Shown here: one piece after another, positions 51,404 to 62,359 of the stretch
Layout of the letters: every line of letters starts with the position of its first letter
How positions within the stretch are numbered: the stretch's first letter is position 1
From: Candidatus Moraniibacteriota bacterium
Lineage (GTDB): Bacteria > Patescibacteriota > Minisyncoccia > Moranbacterales > GCA-2747515
Direction of reading: 5' to 3'
Assembly: GCA_016699795.1 (NCBI GenBank)
Contig: CP065011.1
Location: 12,838-76,837 of the forward strand
DNA length: 64,000 nt
Translations under genes and position numbers: made by a program
Notes under the pieces: model-generated
Databases searched by the model: none
Told to the model about the DNA's origin: nothing
Seen by the model: the letters and a program-made list of their open reading frames with translations, nothing else

Positions 51404-51545
51404 TTTTTTACATAATAATGAGTATACTCGAAATTATTTGCTTAAGCAAATTCGCGAGTATGAAAGAAAAAAAATGATTTATCCACCGAAAAGGAAGAGG
51501 TGCCTATTTCAATAATTCACTTAAAAAAATAATTCCATACAAAAA

Positions 51546-51578
51546 CCCCTTTACATATATTTATCTAAAGGGGTTTTT
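51546..51578. terminator. Hairpin with A-run/T-run flanks (bidirectional terminator)
   Basis: aaaaa-ccccttta-(12-nt loop)-taaagggg-ttttt. Confidence 0.55.
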
Positions 51579-51609
51579 CTTGATGAGAGAAATAACGTTC
51601 CTGAAAAAG

Positions 51610-52032
51610 TTATCTTTGAGGGAGTATTTCTACTGTTATTTGATCTCCCAATCTACAAGCATTCATGAGGAGTCGTATTGAGGAATGTGTTTTTGGCTTT
51701 CTCAATTCCTCTTCATATTGCTCTGCAAATCTCAAGAAAACGCACTCCCAATCCAAATCACGAAGACATCGAGCGACAATTCTCCGCATTCCATCTTTAT
51801 TGGGCAAGGGTTCTCCCGAGAGATAAAGCTCTGAAGGACTTCTCAACAAGCCCATGAGCTCGGCGATAATAAGAATTGATCCTGATTGATTTTCAGGATC
51901 TAGACGATAGGGCCCAACCTTTACAATAAGTCTATCAAGATAATCCTCTCCGATTATTTGTTTGGCTTCACGCATCCGTCTAAGATTTCCCCTATCAAAT
52001 ACTGGGGTTTGAGAGAGATTTTTTTGTATCAT
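51610..52032 (-). CDS. Hypothetical protein (140 aa), GC-richer
   Basis: ORF followed by terminator; no motif assigned. Confidence 0.45.
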   Translation of the reverse strand: MIQKNLSQTPVFDRGNLRRMREAKQIIGEDYLDRLIVKVGPYRLDPENQSGSILIIAELMGLLRSPSELYLSGEPLPNKDGMRRIVARCLRDLDWECVFLRFAEQYEEELRKPKTHSSIRLLMNACRLGDQITVEILPQR

Positions 52033-52162
52033 TTTTCACCTCAAAGAACTAAAAAAATCGGATACTTTCCGACACAAAAACCCTATCATATCCCCAGAAA
52101 AAATCAAGGGGTACGTATATATTAATTTCGCCTATTGCTTTATTTTTTCAAAAATTTTTTCT

Positions 52163-52666
52163 TTATTCAAGCGAGGGAAGATCAGAAACTTCTTTTAGTT
52201 CCTGTGAAAGAATTTTATCCCCTTTTCCAAAATAAAATTTTCCTTGAAATTTTTTGTTTTCGAGAAATAATGGAAACCAATATTCATCATCTGCCCACAT
52301 ATCTTTATAAGGTATATTTTCAAAATTAAACCATTTTGGTTTCATCTCATCCGTTTCCTCAGGAAATCCCACAAAACTATCCACACAAAATATATGCACT
52401 ACCATAATTTCATCAGGACGAGATTCAAAAATGAATTCATGCACGCCTCTGTATTCCATATTTTCAACACCTACGCCACATTCTTCAAACATTTCACGAC
52501 GAGCCGCCTCAGGAATTGTTTCTCCCGCCTCAACTTTTCCACCAAATCCATTCCACCGTCCCATACCAAAACCCCTCTTTTTCATACCAAGAAGAATTTT
52601 TCCTTCTTTAGTAGCAAGACAAAGAGTAAAAAGTCTTTTCTTCATAGATTCTGCGATTATTTCCAA
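52163..52666 (-). CDS. Nudix hydrolase (MutT-like)
   Basis: Canonical Nudix box GGKVEAGETIPEAARREMFEECGV (GX5EX7REUXEEXGU). Confidence 0.85.
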   Translation of the reverse strand: MEIIAESMKKRLFTLCLATKEGKILLGMKKRGFGMGRWNGFGGKVEAGETIPEAARREMFEECGVGVENMEYRGVHEFIFESRPDEIMVVHIFCVDSFVGFPEETDEMKPKWFNFENIPYKDMWADDEYWFPLFLENKKFQGKFYFGKGDKILSQELKEVSDLPSLE

Positions 52667-52881
52667 TTAAGTTCTTGGTATATATCCATCGGATATGAAG
52701 ATATAAAATCAAGAAGAAACGGTACTGAAAAAGCAATTGCGATAATAGGAAGAACAAAAAGAATAAGACTTATAATAAAACGGGTCATGAGATGCTTTCG
52801 TACTTTATGTACTTCTTGCTCGATGATATCAATCTTTTTTTCTATAGCATCAAGTTTTTGTGTAAGTTCTTCTTCATTCAT
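52657..52881 (-). CDS. Small tail-anchored membrane protein (74 aa)
   Basis: Coiled-coil N-term (LDAIEKKIDIIEQEVHKVRK) then one TM helix; overlaps Nudix gene by 10 nt. Confidence 0.35.
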   Translation of the reverse strand: MNEEELTQKLDAIEKKIDIIEQEVHKVRKHLMTRFIISLILFVLPIIAIAFSVPFLLDFISSYPMDIYQELNWK

Positions 52882-53069
52882 ACAAAATAATTATTTATTT
52901 ATTTTTCAAAACATTTCTTATACTCTCTCATACATTCGCGAAAAAATATATACTTTTTTTGAACTAAATATTAAAATTTTAAGACCCAAAAAATTTCCTA
53001 TACTTCCTAACGAGCCCGCGAGCGAAAGTTTACTTTCATTTGAGGTGAACGACGGGATTTCAAACTACG

Positions 53070-55715
53070 TCACGCACCGTGACAGCGTTTATATTTTTTT
53101 CCACTTCCACATGGACAAGGTTCATTTCTTCCTACTTGCTGCCTAGCTCGTATAGGCTGAGATTTTGATTCTTCTCCTCCGCTAGAATTCATCTTTGTTG
53201 TATCAAAACCTCCGAATTGCTTCACTTGTTCTGATGGTCCACTTAGTTTTACATTCTGAAGAGATATCCCTCCGCCAAAAACAGCCGGAGCAGATTCGAG
53301 ACGAAATACCGAGGAAAGAACTGACCCTCGCACACTTTCCATAAGACCCGAAAAAAGATGGAATGCTTCTTTTTTATATTCAATAAGAGGATCTCTCTGT
53401 CCATACCCCCGAAGCCCAATACCCTGACGCATATATTCCATCTCATCTAAATGATTCATCCAAAGCATATCAATAGTTCGAAGATAAAGTGCTTTCGCAA
53501 CTCGAGAAACATTTTCAGCGCCAAGCTCTGCTTCTTTCTTATTAAAAGCCAGCTTTGCTAAACCAAAGGCATGCTCACAAAGTTTTGTTCTTTTCTGATG
53601 CGATTCCAAAGAACGATCATCTCGTATTCGTTCAAGCTCTTTAATAACACTCTTATCCACTTTAAACATATCTGAAAGATTTTCTTGTATCCGAGCTACT
53701 TCCCATTCCATATCTTCTCCTACACATATATGAGAAAATTGCATTTCAATATGGTCATTAAGAGATGTAAGAAGAATTGATTTTATATCTCCTGTTTGAA
53801 GAATCTCCATCCTCTTTCTATATACAACTTCTCGTTGCTTGTTCATAACATCGTCATATTCCCAAACATGCTTTCTGATATCAAAATTAAATCCTTCAAT
53901 TTTCTTCTGAGCACTTTCTATAGTTCGAGAAATCATTGCATTTTGAATAGGATCATTCTCAGGAAGCCCAAGAGTTGTCATAAGACTTTTAAGTTTATCT
54001 CCACCGAAACGACGCATAAGTTCATCTTCCAAAGAAACAAAAAATTGAGAGACTCCCGGATCTCCCTGTCGTCCAGCACGCCCTCGAAGCTGATTATCAA
54101 TTCGTCGAGCCTCATGCCGTTCACTTCCAAGAATAAACAAACCGCCTAAAGCAGAAACACCTTCTTCAAGTTTAATATCAGTTCCTCGACCCGCCATATT
54201 TGTAGCGATTGTAACCGCACCCTTTCGTCCCGCTTGCGAAATAATTTCAGCTTCTTTCTCATGTTGTTTAGCATTAAGGACTTGATGTTTAATTCCTTTC
54301 TTTCGCAAAAGCTCACTCAAATATTCTGATTTCTCTATAGCAATCGTTCCCACAAGAATTGGCTGTCCTTTAGCGTAAACTTCTCTAATTTTTTCAACAA
54401 TAGCCAAAAATTTAACTTTTTCAGTTTTATAAATAACATCGGGGAAATCTTTTCGAATCATTTGTTTATTGGTCGGGATCTCCACAACATCAAGCTCATA
54501 CACTTTTGCGAATTCTTCTGCACTTGTCATAGCTGTTCCGGTCATTCCGGCAAGCTTTTCATACATTCTAAAAAAATTCTGAAAAGTGATAGTAGCTAAA
54601 GTTCTTGATTCTCGTTGTACAGAAACACCTTCTTTAGCTTCAAGAGCCTGATGTAATCCTTCGCTATAGCGACGCCCTGGCATAAGTCGTCCGGTAAAAT
54701 CATCAACAATCATAACTTCCTCATCTTTCACCACATAATCTTTATCTCTTATAAAAATAGCGTGAGCCTTGAGCGCTTGTTCCAATTGATGAATAAGACG
54801 AATATTAGTTGGATCGTAAAGATTAGAAACACCAAGAATCTTTTCTACCCGAGAAATACCATCATCCGTTATAGCAACTGATCGAGATTTTTCATCCAAG
54901 GTATAATCTGTATTTTCTTTTAAACCTGAAGCAATTTGAGCAAATTTGGCATACATATCGACAGATCCCGAATCTGGTGCACTTATAATAAGTGGCGTTC
55001 TTGCCTCATCAATAAGAATAGAATCAACTTCATCTACAATAGCATAATGAAAAGGTCTTTGAGCGATATCCTCAAGACTTTGCGCCATATTGTCTCGTAA
55101 ATAATCAAAACCGAACTCATTATTTGTTCCATACGTAATATCAGCCGCATATGCTTCTTTTCTGGTAATAGGTCGAAGGTTTTCTTTTTCTATACTTACT
55201 TCATTAGTATCAATTTTCTTTGGTTCATAAAGAAATGATGCGTTGTGCATAATACACGCCGTAGAAAGTCCCAAAAAATCATAGACCATACCCATCCAAT
55301 TGCAGTCACGACGAGCTAAATAATCATTAACCGTCACCACATGAACTCCTTTTCCTGAAAGAGCATTAAGATATACTGCCAATGTAGAGGTAAGTGTTTT
55401 ACCCTCTCCCGTTTTCATTTCTGCAATTTTTCCTCGATGTAAAATAATTCCTCCCATAATCTGAGCATCGAAATGTCGTTGTCCGAGAACCCTCTTTGCA
55501 CCTTCTCGAACTACAGCAAAAGCCTCTGGTAAAATTTCATCCATCGTTTCTTTATTTTTCAATCGATCACGAAATTCCCGTGTTTTCAAACGAAGTTCTT
55601 CATCGGAAAGTATTTTTATATCAGCCTCCAAGATAGCAACTTTTTCTACGATAACCTGCATTTTTCGAATTTCTCTTTCATTAGAACCAAAAATTTTTGA
55701 AAAGAAACTAATCAT
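53070..55715 (-). CDS. secA: Preprotein translocase ATPase SecA
   Basis: DEAD-like motor, HWD/HSD domains, C-terminal zinc-binding [14 protein letters not shown]; start placed at ATG 55715 ([20 protein letters not shown]). Confidence 0.95.
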   Translation of the reverse strand: MISFFSKIFGSNEREIRKMQVIVEKVAILEADIKILSDEELRLKTREFRDRLKNKETMDEILPEAFAVVREGAKRVLGQRHFDAQIMGGIILHRGKIAEMKTGEGKTLTSTLAVYLNALSGKGVHVVTVNDYLARRDCNWMGMVYDFLGLSTACIMHNASFLYEPKKIDTNEVSIEKENLRPITRKEAYAADITYGTNNEFGFDYLRDNMAQSLEDIAQRPFHYAIVDEVDSILIDEARTPLIISAPDSGSVDMYAKFAQIASGLKENTDYTLDEKSRSVAITDDGISRVEKILGVSNLYDPTNIRLIHQLEQALKAHAIFIRDKDYVVKDEEVMIVDDFTGRLMPGRRYSEGLHQALEAKEGVSVQRESRTLATITFQNFFRMYEKLAGMTGTAMTSAEEFAKVYELDVVEIPTNKQMIRKDFPDVIYKTEKVKFLAIVEKIREVYAKGQPILVGTIAIEKSEYLSELLRKKGIKHQVLNAKQHEKEAEIISQAGRKGAVTIATNMAGRGTDIKLEEGVSALGGLFILGSERHEARRIDNQLRGRAGRQGDPGVSQFFVSLEDELMRRFGGDKLKSLMTTLGLPENDPIQNAMISRTIESAQKKIEGFNFDIRKHVWEYDDVMNKQREVVYRKRMEILQTGDIKSILLTSLNDHIEMQFSHICVGEDMEWEVARIQENLSDMFKVDKSVIKELERIRDDRSLESHQKRTKLCEHAFGLAKLAFNKKEAELGAENVSRVAKALYLRTIDMLWMNHLDEMEYMRQGIGLRGYGQRDPLIEYKKEAFHLFSGLMESVRGSVLSSVFRLESAPAVFGGGISLQNVKLSGPSEQVKQFGGFDTTKMNSSGGEESKSQPIRARQQVGRNEPCPCGSGKKYKRCHGA

Positions 55716-55876
55716 ATGTATTTTTCTAAAGAAATAAAGCCTCTTCATACTAGCAATGAAAGTTTAAAAGGTAAACTTGACAAAATATGTTCGTTGTATT
55801 ATTTTCCCTTCGTCGCTTCAAAACATTGTCGTGGCAGAAAAGTTCTTTTAATCTTACCAATTGTAGCAGGTGTATC

Positions 55877-56260
55877 ATGAGTTTAAACATCATATCAATG
55901 ATTGTAATTTCCCTTTTCTATACTTTCTTAGGATTTGCTTTTGGATCACTTTTCAATCATATTGGAGGGAGTGATTCCATCTATACAGTAATCCTCTTCA
56001 CTCTTTCCTTTGGGTATATTCCCATAAAATGGGATGTGTCTCTCAACGAAAAAAGCAATACAAAATTCTCAGAATTCGTGTTGTCCGGAATAGTGACTGT
56101 TCTCGCTCTTCTCCCTCTCTTTCCTGAAATCACAAAAGAAGAATATCCTCTTTTTTCAATGTTTCAGGGAGTGCTTCTCCTATTGGATGCCTTTGTTATC
56201 TTTTTTCTCTCCTTGGCTACTCTAAAGGAAGCGGACAGTGATATAGAATCTCTTTCCTAA
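55877..56260 (+). CDS. Hypothetical polytopic membrane protein (~127 aa)
   Basis: aggtg SD-like 5 nt upstream of ATG 55877; 4 hydrophobic helices. Confidence 0.45.
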   Translation: MSLNIISMIVISLFYTFLGFAFGSLFNHIGGSDSIYTVILFTLSFGYIPIKWDVSLNEKSNTKFSEFVLSGIVTVLALLPLFPEITKEEYPLFSMFQGVLLLLDAFVIFFLSLATLKEADSDIESLS

Positions 56261-56342
56261 TTAGTCTTTGTTAAAACAAACCAACTTTCAACATGAAGTC
56301 GATTTTTTTTCTTTCTTATAAAATTCGAAAGTACTTTCGGAG

Positions 56343-56708
56343 TCAAAACCTTGCATCTTTATCAATTACCATTTTCTTCTTTATTGATCGAGCACCTCTT
56401 TTTTTGAGAACAGCTTCTCGTTCTTTCACTTCACGAATCTGTCTTTTTAAATCTTCTTGCCCCAAATCCATAGCATTTTCTATAGTATCGGAAATATTTT
56501 CTGATCGAAAGGTATTTTTGGGTGTTTTTAACATTATCTCAACTCGATATTCCCCTCTCTTATCCTTTTCAATTTCAACATCAGCAATTATTAATTCTCT
56601 TATTTGCGCGTCTACAAAAACACGCTCAACCACTTCAAGCTTTTTTTCTATATACATTCGAGTTCTAGCACTTACATCTACTCCTTCGAAAAGATATTGT
56701 ACATTCAT
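56343..56708 (-). CDS. hpf: Ribosome hibernation promoting factor (HPF/RaiA family)
   Basis: MNVQYLFEGVDVSARTRMYIEKKLEVVERVF...YRVEIMLKTPKNTFRSE fold-level match to HPF/YfiA. Confidence 0.75.
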   Translation of the reverse strand: MNVQYLFEGVDVSARTRMYIEKKLEVVERVFVDAQIRELIIADVEIEKDKRGEYRVEIMLKTPKNTFRSENISDTIENAMDLGQEDLKRQIREVKEREAVLKKRGARSIKKKMVIDKDARF

Positions 56709-56737
56709 ATGTTTTTTATTATAGCGACTAAAACAAA

Positions 56738-57670
56738 TTAAAATCCAACAAATTCAACTTCCTGCACAAGTTCTACACCAAAATTATCACGAACTTGTTG
56801 CTTTATATAACTCATCAACATTATAATCTCATCCGATGTAGCTCTCCCAACATTAAGAATATAATTGGGGTGTGTTTCACTCACCATAGCATCACCAATA
56901 CGTTTCCCTCGAAGACCAACTTTATCAATTAACCAACCTGCAGGAACTTTATTCTCACGACAAGGGGATGCGACTTCTTTTTCAAATTCCAATCGAAGCT
57001 CTTTATTCTCTACTATTGGATTAACAAAAAATGATCCCGCGCACATCGCTGATTGATCTTGTCTAGAATTTCGTTTTTCTTCAACATCTTTCATAACTTT
57101 TTCTAATTCATCAGTATCGCCCTGTTTCAATAAAAATGTCGCGTGTGTAATAATTTTATCTCCTCTTTCTTTAAATACACTTGTTCGATACGAAAAATGA
57201 CATTCCTTAGAAGAGATTTTTTGGATCTCTAAGTTTCTTTTATCAATAAACTCAACTTGAGATACTACATTTTTCATTTCTACTCCAAATGCTCCTGCAT
57301 TCCCCCTCACAGCTCCACCAACAGAACCTGGAATACCATAAAGATTTTCCATCCCTGCTAAAGAATTTTTTTGAGCCATTATGGCCACATCTTTGAGAGA
57401 AGTCCCTGAAAAAGCTTTTATTTCAAAATTATTTATTATAGGATCAATATTTTCCAAATGAATAACTAGACCATCAAATCCTTTGTCTGATATCAATACA
57501 TTACTTCCCCCACCAAGAAAAAAAATGGGTATATTTTTTTCTCTACTCCAAAAAAGTATTTCTTGAATTTCTTTTGTATTCGAAACACACGCAAACCACT
57601 TTGCCGGCCCACCTATTTTAAACGTGGTATATGGTGCAAGTCGTATATTTTCTTGAATTTTCATAGCCAT
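56738..57670 (-). CDS. murB: UDP-N-acetylenolpyruvoylglucosamine reductase
   Basis: LAPYTTFKIGGPAKWF, FAD-binding GGGSNVLISD, C-terminal substrate domain. Confidence 0.9.
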   Translation of the reverse strand: MAMKIQENIRLAPYTTFKIGGPAKWFACVSNTKEIQEILFWSREKNIPIFFLGGGSNVLISDKGFDGLVIHLENIDPIINNFEIKAFSGTSLKDVAIMAQKNSLAGMENLYGIPGSVGGAVRGNAGAFGVEMKNVVSQVEFIDKRNLEIQKISSKECHFSYRTSVFKERGDKIITHATFLLKQGDTDELEKVMKDVEEKRNSRQDQSAMCAGSFFVNPIVENKELRLEFEKEVASPCRENKVPAGWLIDKVGLRGKRIGDAMVSETHPNYILNVGRATSDEIIMLMSYIKQQVRDNFGVELVQEVEFVGF

Positions 57671-58713
57671 GTATTTACTTTAGCACGAACAATCTCTCCT
57701 GAAAATATACTAAAATTATGCTCTCCCGAAAGAATTTGAGCATAGATTACAAATACAGGAATATCTTTCACAAAAAGTTTCATTTTTGGTGGACGAACAG
57801 CAACAACAAGTCCATATTTTTTTTCAAAAAAGTCCTTTATAGCAGGCCTATTTGTATAAGGAGATGAAAACATGAATGGTCTAAAAAAATTTTCTGACGA
57901 TGAAAAATATTTTTTGTGATTTTCATGCAATATAACATAGGCACTTGCTTCTTTTGAAGGAAAATTTTCTTTTTTTTGTAATGATTTTTCTTCCATTAAG
58001 CCATTTTGAAGAAAATAAGTACAATGTCTTTTAAGAGAACAAGGCTCGCATTTTGGACTTTTCACACATACAAGTGAGCCAAAATCCATAACCGCCGAAT
58101 TTATATCTTTAAAAGAAAAATTTTTATTTTTAGATAAAGAAAGTATTTCAAAAATCTTTCTCTCAAAATCTTTTGCCAACAATTTTCCATCTTTTGAACC
58201 CAGAAAAAATCTCCCGAAAACCTTAGAAAAATTTGTATCCCATGCAAGAACTTTTTCATCATTCGAAAAACTCGCAATAGCTCTCGCCGTATAGGCACCC
58301 ACACCAGGAAGTTTTTCAAGCTCATTCAGATCAAGAGGAAAATTCCCATCATGCTGGGAAATAATTTTTTTTGCAGTATGGAGCATATTGCGACCACGGC
58401 GATAATAGCCAAGTCCTTGATAATAAGGTAAAAAATCTTCCCATGAAGTTTTCTCTAATATATCGAGAGTAGGAAATTTTTCAAGAAACCTTTTATAGTA
58501 TACTTCTACACGAGAAACTTGCGTTTGTTGAAGCATAATTTCCGAAACCCACACCTCATAAGGTGAAATATTTGATCGTCTCCAAGGAAGATCTCTTTTG
58601 TTTTTTTCATAAAACGAAATAAGTTCTTTCACAAAGAAAGAAAGTATCTTTCTTTGTGAAAATTTTTCTCTATCTTGTTTCTTTTCGATTTTCAATACGA
58701 TCTTTTCCGACAT
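57661..58713 (-). CDS. mutY: A/G-specific adenine DNA glycosylase (MutY family, HhH-GPD + [4Fe-4S] + Nudix-like C-domain)
   Basis: ISPYEVWVSEIMLQQTQVSRVEVYYKRFLEKFPT, GLGYYRRGRN, Cys cluster CVKSPKCEPCSLKRHC (Cx6Cx2Cx5C); start uncertain (44-nt overlap with serS as listed). Confidence 0.75.
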   Translation of the reverse strand: MSEKIVLKIEKKQDREKFSQRKILSFFVKELISFYEKNKRDLPWRRSNISPYEVWVSEIMLQQTQVSRVEVYYKRFLEKFPTLDILEKTSWEDFLPYYQGLGYYRRGRNMLHTAKKIISQHDGNFPLDLNELEKLPGVGAYTARAIASFSNDEKVLAWDTNFSKVFGRFFLGSKDGKLLAKDFERKIFEILSLSKNKNFSFKDINSAVMDFGSLVCVKSPKCEPCSLKRHCTYFLQNGLMEEKSLQKKENFPSKEASAYVILHENHKKYFSSSENFFRPFMFSSPYTNRPAIKDFFEKKYGLVVAVRPPKMKLFVKDIPVFVIYAQILSGEHNFSIFSGEIVRAKVNTWL

Positions 58714-59989
58714 ACTCTTGTAATACTTTCGGGATCAAAATGCTTCCGTCTTTTTGTTGATTATTTTCCAAAATAGCAATAAGAGGTCTTTCTGAAAAAG
58801 CAGTAGCATCATTCATATGAACGAACTCTAATGTTCCATCTAACCGCCTTACACGAGTATTTAAACGCCTTGCTTGAAAATCTCCAATAAGGTCTGAAGT
58901 GTGCGTTTCGCGATATGTATTCTGCCCCGGCATCCATGCTTCTATATCAATTTGCCTATAATCTGGCTTTCCCATATCTCCTGTACAAACAGCCAAAACT
59001 TGATAAGGAATTTCTAACGCTTTCATGAGATATTCTTGAATAGCCACGATAAAATCTTGTTCCACACGAGAAAATTCAGGAAGGGTAAATGTTTCCATCT
59101 CAAGTTTATTAAATTGATGCAGTCTTAAGATTCCTTTCATATCCTTTCCATATGATCCAGCTTCTCGACGAAATGCTCCAGAAAAGCCGACCATGCGAAT
59201 CGGAAAATTCTTTTCATTAAGAATTTCATCAGCATACATCGCGCCAAGTGTATGTTCTGCGCTTCCAATAAGAGTAAGATTATCTCGATCAAGCATATAC
59301 ATTTCCTCTGGATCGAGTCGCCCCATACGCTTATGCATTTCAGGGCGAATCATCATCGGCGGAAATACTGGAATAAAAGGTTGAGTAGAAACATCTATAT
59401 TATTTTCTTGTGCTATTTTTTTGAGAATATCTTCATTGGTGAGAGTGCGAAATGCGAACATCATCATTGCCCATTCAAGCATAACTAAATCACCCTTAAG
59501 ATACACGAATCGAGAGCCACTCACCTTTACAGCTCGATTACTATCAATAAGATCCAATTCTTCTCCCAACACAAAATGCTCTTTAGGCTCAAAATCAAAG
59601 GATGGTTTTTTTCCAATCTTTCGTAAAACAACATTGCCACTTTCATCTTTTGCTATAGGAGTATCCTCGCTAGGAATATTAGGCAAAAGATACATATATT
59701 CAAAAAATTGTTCGTCAAGAAGCTTAAGCTCAGGTTCTTTTTTCTCTAATTCTTCTTTAATTCTTCTTCCTTCTTCAATAGCCCTCATTCGATATTCTTG
59801 GTCCGTTGTCTTCTTAATATTTTCATTTATCTCATTCTTTTTTGATCGAAGAAGTTCTACCTCAGCCATTAAAACTCGTCTTTTTTCATCCCTATCCAAA
59901 AGTTTATCCACATCAACCGTAATGTTCTTATTTTTAACCGCCGCCCGAACAATATCGGGATTATTTCGGACAAATTGAATATCAAGCAT
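58670..59989 (-). CDS. serS: Seryl-tRNA synthetase
   Basis: N-terminal coiled-coil arm MLDIQFVRNNPDIVRAAV..., class II motifs (FRREAGSYGKD, GSGLA-like), 439 aa. Confidence 0.92.
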   Translation of the reverse strand: MLDIQFVRNNPDIVRAAVKNKNITVDVDKLLDRDEKRRVLMAEVELLRSKKNEINENIKKTTDQEYRMRAIEEGRRIKEELEKKEPELKLLDEQFFEYMYLLPNIPSEDTPIAKDESGNVVLRKIGKKPSFDFEPKEHFVLGEELDLIDSNRAVKVSGSRFVYLKGDLVMLEWAMMMFAFRTLTNEDILKKIAQENNIDVSTQPFIPVFPPMMIRPEMHKRMGRLDPEEMYMLDRDNLTLIGSAEHTLGAMYADEILNEKNFPIRMVGFSGAFRREAGSYGKDMKGILRLHQFNKLEMETFTLPEFSRVEQDFIVAIQEYLMKALEIPYQVLAVCTGDMGKPDYRQIDIEAWMPGQNTYRETHTSDLIGDFQARRLNTRVRRLDGTLEFVHMNDATAFSERPLIAILENNQQKDGSILIPKVLQEYVGKDRIENRKETR

Positions 59990-60248
59990 AAAAATATATT
60001 ATTTATTTTCCCATTTTTAAAAATTTTATCTCAAAACCTATTTCCAGGCATCTCATTCCATTTCTATAGTATCAAAAATACATTCTCAAAATTTTCAACA
60101 TCCATTCTCAACTGATTCAAAAAGTAAAAGTATATTTTCTTTTTTTACTTGAGAATAAAGAAAAGTATATCCTCATTTTTTGCTTTTAGCAAACATATAT
60201 ATCCTAACCAAAGAAATAAACTCAAAAAATTTTATTCATTCCTTTCGT

Positions 60249-60848
60249 TTACTCTATCGCAAAAATTAACTCACGAAAATGAGAAATAATCATTTCTGGA
60301 TTACCTTTTTCTAAAGTCTCTCTCAGATGAAACCCAAAATCAACAGCTATTGTCTTGAGGCCAAATTCATTTGCTTCCAGAATATCTCCCAGGGTATCTG
60401 TTACAAAAATACTTTCATTTTTTTCTAAAAAATATTTTTTAAACACATATTCAAATTTTTTTATTTTTGAATAAGCAAATTTACTTCCCAAGATCTCCAA
60501 AAAAATATCTCTCACCCCATTATTTTCAAGATACTGACAAATAACATGTTCATCCCCCGAGCTGATAACGAATAATTTTTTCTTTTTTGATAATTCAGTA
60601 AGAGTTTCAAATATTGTTTTTTCCATTGTAAGATTTTCAAAACATTCACGAACATAGTCTCTATATTTTAACCAATCTATTTTCTTAAGAGCTTCTATAT
60701 CATGACTATAAAAATTACCATTATGCATACTTCGATATTCTTCTTCCGAAATAGGATAACCCGTAAATTCTCTCAATTTTTCCAAATGCAAATTAAAGGT
60801 ATTATAAAGAACTCCATCAAAATCAAAAAGGATAGTTTTCATTGTCAT
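60249..60848 (-). CDS. HAD-superfamily hydrolase
   Basis: Motif I ILFDFDGVLYNT (DxDG), motif IV-like VTDTLGD. Confidence 0.75.
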   Translation of the reverse strand: MTMKTILFDFDGVLYNTFNLHLEKLREFTGYPISEEEYRSMHNGNFYSHDIEALKKIDWLKYRDYVRECFENLTMEKTIFETLTELSKKKKLFVISSGDEHVICQYLENNGVRDIFLEILGSKFAYSKIKKFEYVFKKYFLEKNESIFVTDTLGDILEANEFGLKTIAVDFGFHLRETLEKGNPEMIISHFRELIFAIE

Positions 60849-60883
60849 GCTTATATAATTTTCTACTTAAATAATAGGAAGTT

Positions 60884-62173
60884 CTAGATCTCCATAATTT
60901 CCCCTAATTGAGGTATAAATACACGAGAAGTAAGATTTTCTTTTGCAAAAAGGGAAAGTGCGTCCAAAGCATCAGGGTCTCCATGTTGCAAAATAAGATT
61001 TTTATGTTCAATATTTCTCATAACCTCATGAAGGGAATCCTTATCTAAATGTGCCGAAAAATTAAATTTTCTCATATGACATTGTACGGGAATAGGCATA
61101 TCATTTTCATCAAAAAAGACATGATCATCATACATTGACCTTCCTTGTGTCCCATTGGTTTGATATCCAGTAAGAAGAATAAAGTTATTCTTTTCTTCTA
61201 CAAATTCTTTTGCATAAAAAGATGCGGGACCACCCTCTACCATACCAGAAGTCGAAACGATAATAACACCTTTTTCTTGAGCAACACGTTCACGATCTCT
61301 TTTGTATACTTTTTTTATGCCACGAGCTATCCGGGTAAGTCGTTCTTTATTCTGGATATAAGGATCCTGGGCATAAAGAACGTGATCGAGAAGCTTTCTT
61401 GCCATTCCATCCAAATAAATAGGATTTTTTCCTACAAAATAATCCAATATCATCAATATTTCTTGACTTCTCCCTACTCCAAAAACAGGGATAAGTGCAG
61501 AACCACCAAGATTCATACAAGTCTCTATAGAGCGAATAAAGGCTTCTTCAGTAAGTGCTCTTTCAGGATGATTTCTCGTTCCATATGTTCCCTCGACGAT
61601 AAGTGTATCTACAACAGGACATTCCTGTGCTATTTTCGAAGGAATCATAAGCTGTGTATGCTGTGTATTGAAATCTGCTGTATAGAGAAGTTTTCTCCCT
61701 TCGAGTTCGAGAAGAACTGAGGCTCCACCAGGAATATGTCCAGAATTAAGATATCGAAATTTTACCATTCCATCTTTCGTTGTATATTCTTTATCATAAT
61801 CAACAAATACAATATCCTCTTCAACACGAAGAATGTCCTGAGCATTGAATGTTGGCCTTACTCTTCTAAGTTGCTCCAAATGACGTGTATCTTCCAATAA
61901 CATCTTCGTTATCTGCCAAGTAAGTTTTGTTGTATAGATAGGAGAACCTAAACGTTTTTTCTCAAAAAAGGCCAAAGCTCCGGAATGATCTAAATGTGCA
62001 TGTGAGAGAAATACAGCATCTACACCTTGAATATCTTCAAGATATTGAGGGTATTGAATTCCTCCTCCTATAAATTTAACACCTGCATCCAAAAGATACC
62101 GTTGTCCTCGACTCTCCACTTCAATACAACTTTTTCCTATTTCTCTCGCTGCCCCATGAAATAAAATTTTCAT
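60884..62173 (-). CDS. Metallo-beta-lactamase/beta-CASP family ribonuclease (RNase J/CPSF-like)
   Basis: HAHLDHSGALAFF (HxHxDH), downstream beta-CASP His/Asp motifs, 429 aa. Confidence 0.7.
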   Translation of the reverse strand: MKILFHGAAREIGKSCIEVESRGQRYLLDAGVKFIGGGIQYPQYLEDIQGVDAVFLSHAHLDHSGALAFFEKKRLGSPIYTTKLTWQITKMLLEDTRHLEQLRRVRPTFNAQDILRVEEDIVFVDYDKEYTTKDGMVKFRYLNSGHIPGGASVLLELEGRKLLYTADFNTQHTQLMIPSKIAQECPVVDTLIVEGTYGTRNHPERALTEEAFIRSIETCMNLGGSALIPVFGVGRSQEILMILDYFVGKNPIYLDGMARKLLDHVLYAQDPYIQNKERLTRIARGIKKVYKRDRERVAQEKGVIIVSTSGMVEGGPASFYAKEFVEEKNNFILLTGYQTNGTQGRSMYDDHVFFDENDMPIPVQCHMRKFNFSAHLDKDSLHEVMRNIEHKNLILQHGDPDALDALSLFAKENLTSRVFIPQLGEIMEI

Positions 62174-62359
62174 ATATCGTAAAGATAAAAATATATACTA
62201 TTTTTTAAAAATTTAGTTTTCCAAAGCACACTCATAACAATTCTTCCTTACAAACATCTAGAGTAAACCAGTTTTGCTCTTATACTATCAAAATGTCTTT
62301 AAATAACGTTTTTTTACACATACAAAATTTGTTTCATATTTTGTGTTTTCATAAAAAGA

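Noticed and set aside
52990-53069. Short GC-richer stretch (cgagcccgcgagcgaaag...gacgggatttcaaac) downstream of secA examined for a tRNA or small RNA
   Set aside because: No acceptor, D or T-arm arrangement could be built; the T-loop-like ttgaaat lacks a pairing stem with correct spacing; more likely ordinary 3' UTR with a weak hairpin
52394-53146. 250-aa plus-strand ORF spanning the Nudix gene, the small membrane ORF and the secA 3' end
   Set aside because: Overlaps three minus-strand genes that have clear motifs; low-complexity S/F/K-rich product
56325-56341. Palindrome cgaaagtactttcg downstream of hpf as a possible terminator or operator
   Set aside because: Stem would close with a 2-4 nt loop and is not followed by a convincing T-run; too weak to call
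59421-59978. 185-aa plus-strand ORF inside serS
   Set aside because: Antisense to serS; Ser-rich low-complexity
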